Shown: positions 30,590-32,781 of the stretch, one piece after another
Numbering within the stretch: the first letter of the stretch is position 1
Layout: each line of letters starts with the position of its first letter
The notes under the pieces: model-generated
Database searches by the model: none
Told to the model about the DNA's origin: nothing
The model's input: only the letters and a program-made list of their open reading frames with translations
Position numbers and translations under genes: made by a program
Assembly (NCBI GenBank): GCA_011109175.1
Contig: RDEW01000113.1
Coordinates: forward strand, 40,011 to 72,791
Source: Dicyema japonicum
Lineage: Eukaryota > Animalia > Dicyemida
Direction: 5' to 3'
DNA length: 32,781 nucleotides

Positions 30590-32781
30590 TTTTTCATCTA
30601 TCAGAAAAGATCGTCAGTTTGGCTGTGGAGGTGGAGTCATTACTCTCGTTAAAAGTGAGATAGGGCACACAATAACGCCTTTGTATTATGATCCTCCATC
30701 TCCCGTGGAATGCATTGGGATCTCAATTCGAACAAACATGGGAAATATTAAAATTGTGAACATGTACATTCCCCTACCAGGTCCTGCCCAAAGTTGTTTA
30801 CCTGATCCAACCGCACTCCGGCAGCGTCTTCTCTTGCTTCTGCTAAGGAATTCTCTACTGAATAATTTCATAATCCTTAACGTCTATCGGATAATCACAA
30901 GTACACATTATAGAGCTTTGCCTGAATTGACCCTTGCCACCCTTAACATTGCTTCTCTTGCCAATGTTCTGTGATTGATGACTTCCGGTGCGACCACAAT
31001 CCTATTTTCATTCGGATGAAGAGCACGCTCATCTCTGAAATAAGACGAAACACATTGCTGGATTACAGAAATGTTAATTGGAAAGATTTTGCTCAATATG
31101 TAGACATAAACTCAGCAAATTTCGACGCAGTACGTTTCAGGGTATTTGATAATGCAATTTCCTATGTTAACAGAAATATCCAGAAGGCAGTGAATTTATT
31201 TATCAGAGAAAGATCAATCAAATCCCACATTAAACGTTTTGACCACAAAAGGAAGATTATGAATGAACGTAATCTACTCAAGAGCATTTAAAGGCCACCA
31301 CCAGAAGTTAGATACCGAATTCGAGTGCTGGATAGCGAAATAAAGAAAATCTCCAAGAAAAATAAAGTGGACGAATGGACAAAAATCACTTCCGTGTTTA
31401 ACAAACATAGATCCCTTTCAATCAAAACCCTGAGAAAAGAAACAGTCCTGATTTCAGCAAAAAGGAACTCGATAGAATGATGAAGTTTTACGCTCAGAAT
31501 AGCTACCTACCTTAAAAAAGTACGAAGGTTTTCCTTTGTCATTGATAAAACCGAGATGTCGTCATGATCATGTATCGTTCTCACCAGTGGAGGTCGAAAA
31601 TGCCATTAAATCCTAAAAGCTAACCCAATCAAGCGGACCGGATCAAATTCCTATGATTGTTATCAAAATGCTTAGACCCAAGGCACTCACAGCACTAGCA
31701 CAGATATACAACATACCCATAAATAGAAACACAATTCCAACAATGTGGAAGTTGGCCCACATTCACCCAGTTAGAAACCTGGAAAACCAAGAGTCCCCTT
31801 TTTCTTATCGACCAATATCCCTATAATGCGCATTTCAAAAATTCTTGAAAAAATGGTCTTGGACCGCATCTTCCCATATTTACCTAAAGAATCCTTGAGA
31901 AAGACTTATCTACAAGTACGCACTTGCAAACCCTCACAAACTATACTATGGCGGGACTTTAGTCAAAGCCTAAGCACCTCAATACTTTATTGTGTTTGGT
32001 TGACATCCGAGGGCTTTTGATTCGGCTTCCAGAAAAATCTTAACGAGGAAAATCTACTGCTCAGAAATCCCAATATTTTTAAAAAATGACTCTGGAACTT
32101 TCTCACTGGTAGAAGAGGAAAATTCGTAACAAAACCGGTCTCAAAAATTCTTCTAAACGGGGTGCCTCAGGGTTCCCCTTGTCACCGTCGCTTTTTAACT
32201 TATTCTTACACGATACTCTAATTGATTCGGACGAAAATTCGATAACCCTTGCGTATGCAGATGACATAATTTATGCTTGCAAGGATATATGTGTTACGAC
32301 AGCTACGAACAAATTGTAAACTATTCTGGACAGATTTCATGGTTGAAAAGAAATTCAATGTCAACGTCCACAGAAAAGTCCTCGACCTCTCATTTTACGT
32401 CAACCAGAAGGCTAAAAGTTATTCCGCCGAACTATTTTAGGATGATGAACTATTCCAACCAAGAGACAAGCTAAGATTCTGGGAGTAGCACTAGTCAATC
32501 GCACACCTGGTTGAAATGCGACTGAACCACAGCCACGGAGAGAGATCCTCTATTTTAAGGCACTTTCACGAAAGCCATAATGTTTATAGCCCCGCATGTG
32601 CAACACTCATATAAACAATATTTATAGTCAATCTCTTCCATCTTCCTCTGTCGAATGCTAGTGATCACAATTCGTCCAGGTCCCCCGTCTTTAGATTTTT
32701 TCTCACACGATTTAGATCTTTGTTTAAGGCAGTCGGAAGTGTCGATCTAGGTCGTCCGCGAAAGGGTTTGTCGCATCTGTC
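30590..32781 (+). pseudogene. Second, decayed Vingi/I-group-like APE-RT LINE
   Basis: Contains GGGVITLVK, NMYIP, DHNPI, SGPDQI, WKLAHIHP, YRPISL, SKILEK, NGVPQGS and YADD, with many frameshifts. Domain order and motifs parallel 13235-16460. Confidence 0.85.

Overview
AT-rich eukaryotic DNA, dense in transposon remnants, with a few small host genes interrupted by tiny (about 19-28 nt) GT-AG introns. The introns plus a POU-specific-like domain suggest a metazoan with ultra-short introns, most consistent with a dicyemid; this is inference, not verified. The best-preserved element is a ~3.2 kb single-ORF Vingi/Ingi-type non-LTR retrotransposon (13235-16460) with a 2A/StopGo motif (GDIELNPG/P) directly ahead of its APE endonuclease, an RT domain, a structured 5' end and a 3' hairpin. 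Other mobile DNA includes about 10 CRE-like restriction-like-endonuclease (RLE) fragments, two R4/NeSL-like RLE ends, RTE/BovB-like ends, decayed APE-RT LINEs, a hAT MITE, a hAT transposase remnant and a Merlin transposase remnant. Host genes are an AGC-like (pseudo)kinase, a small membrane protein, a stand-alone POU-specific-like protein and a secreted Cys-rich ShK-like protein. A ~4 kb intronless, decayed two-ORF block (7990-11910) is unexplained and may be an endogenous viral element or a gag/env-type relic. No prokaryotic features, rRNA, tRNA or CRISPR arrays were seen. All family assignments are from motif recognition by eye; no database searches were run, and element boundaries are approximate unless a TSD/TIR is given.
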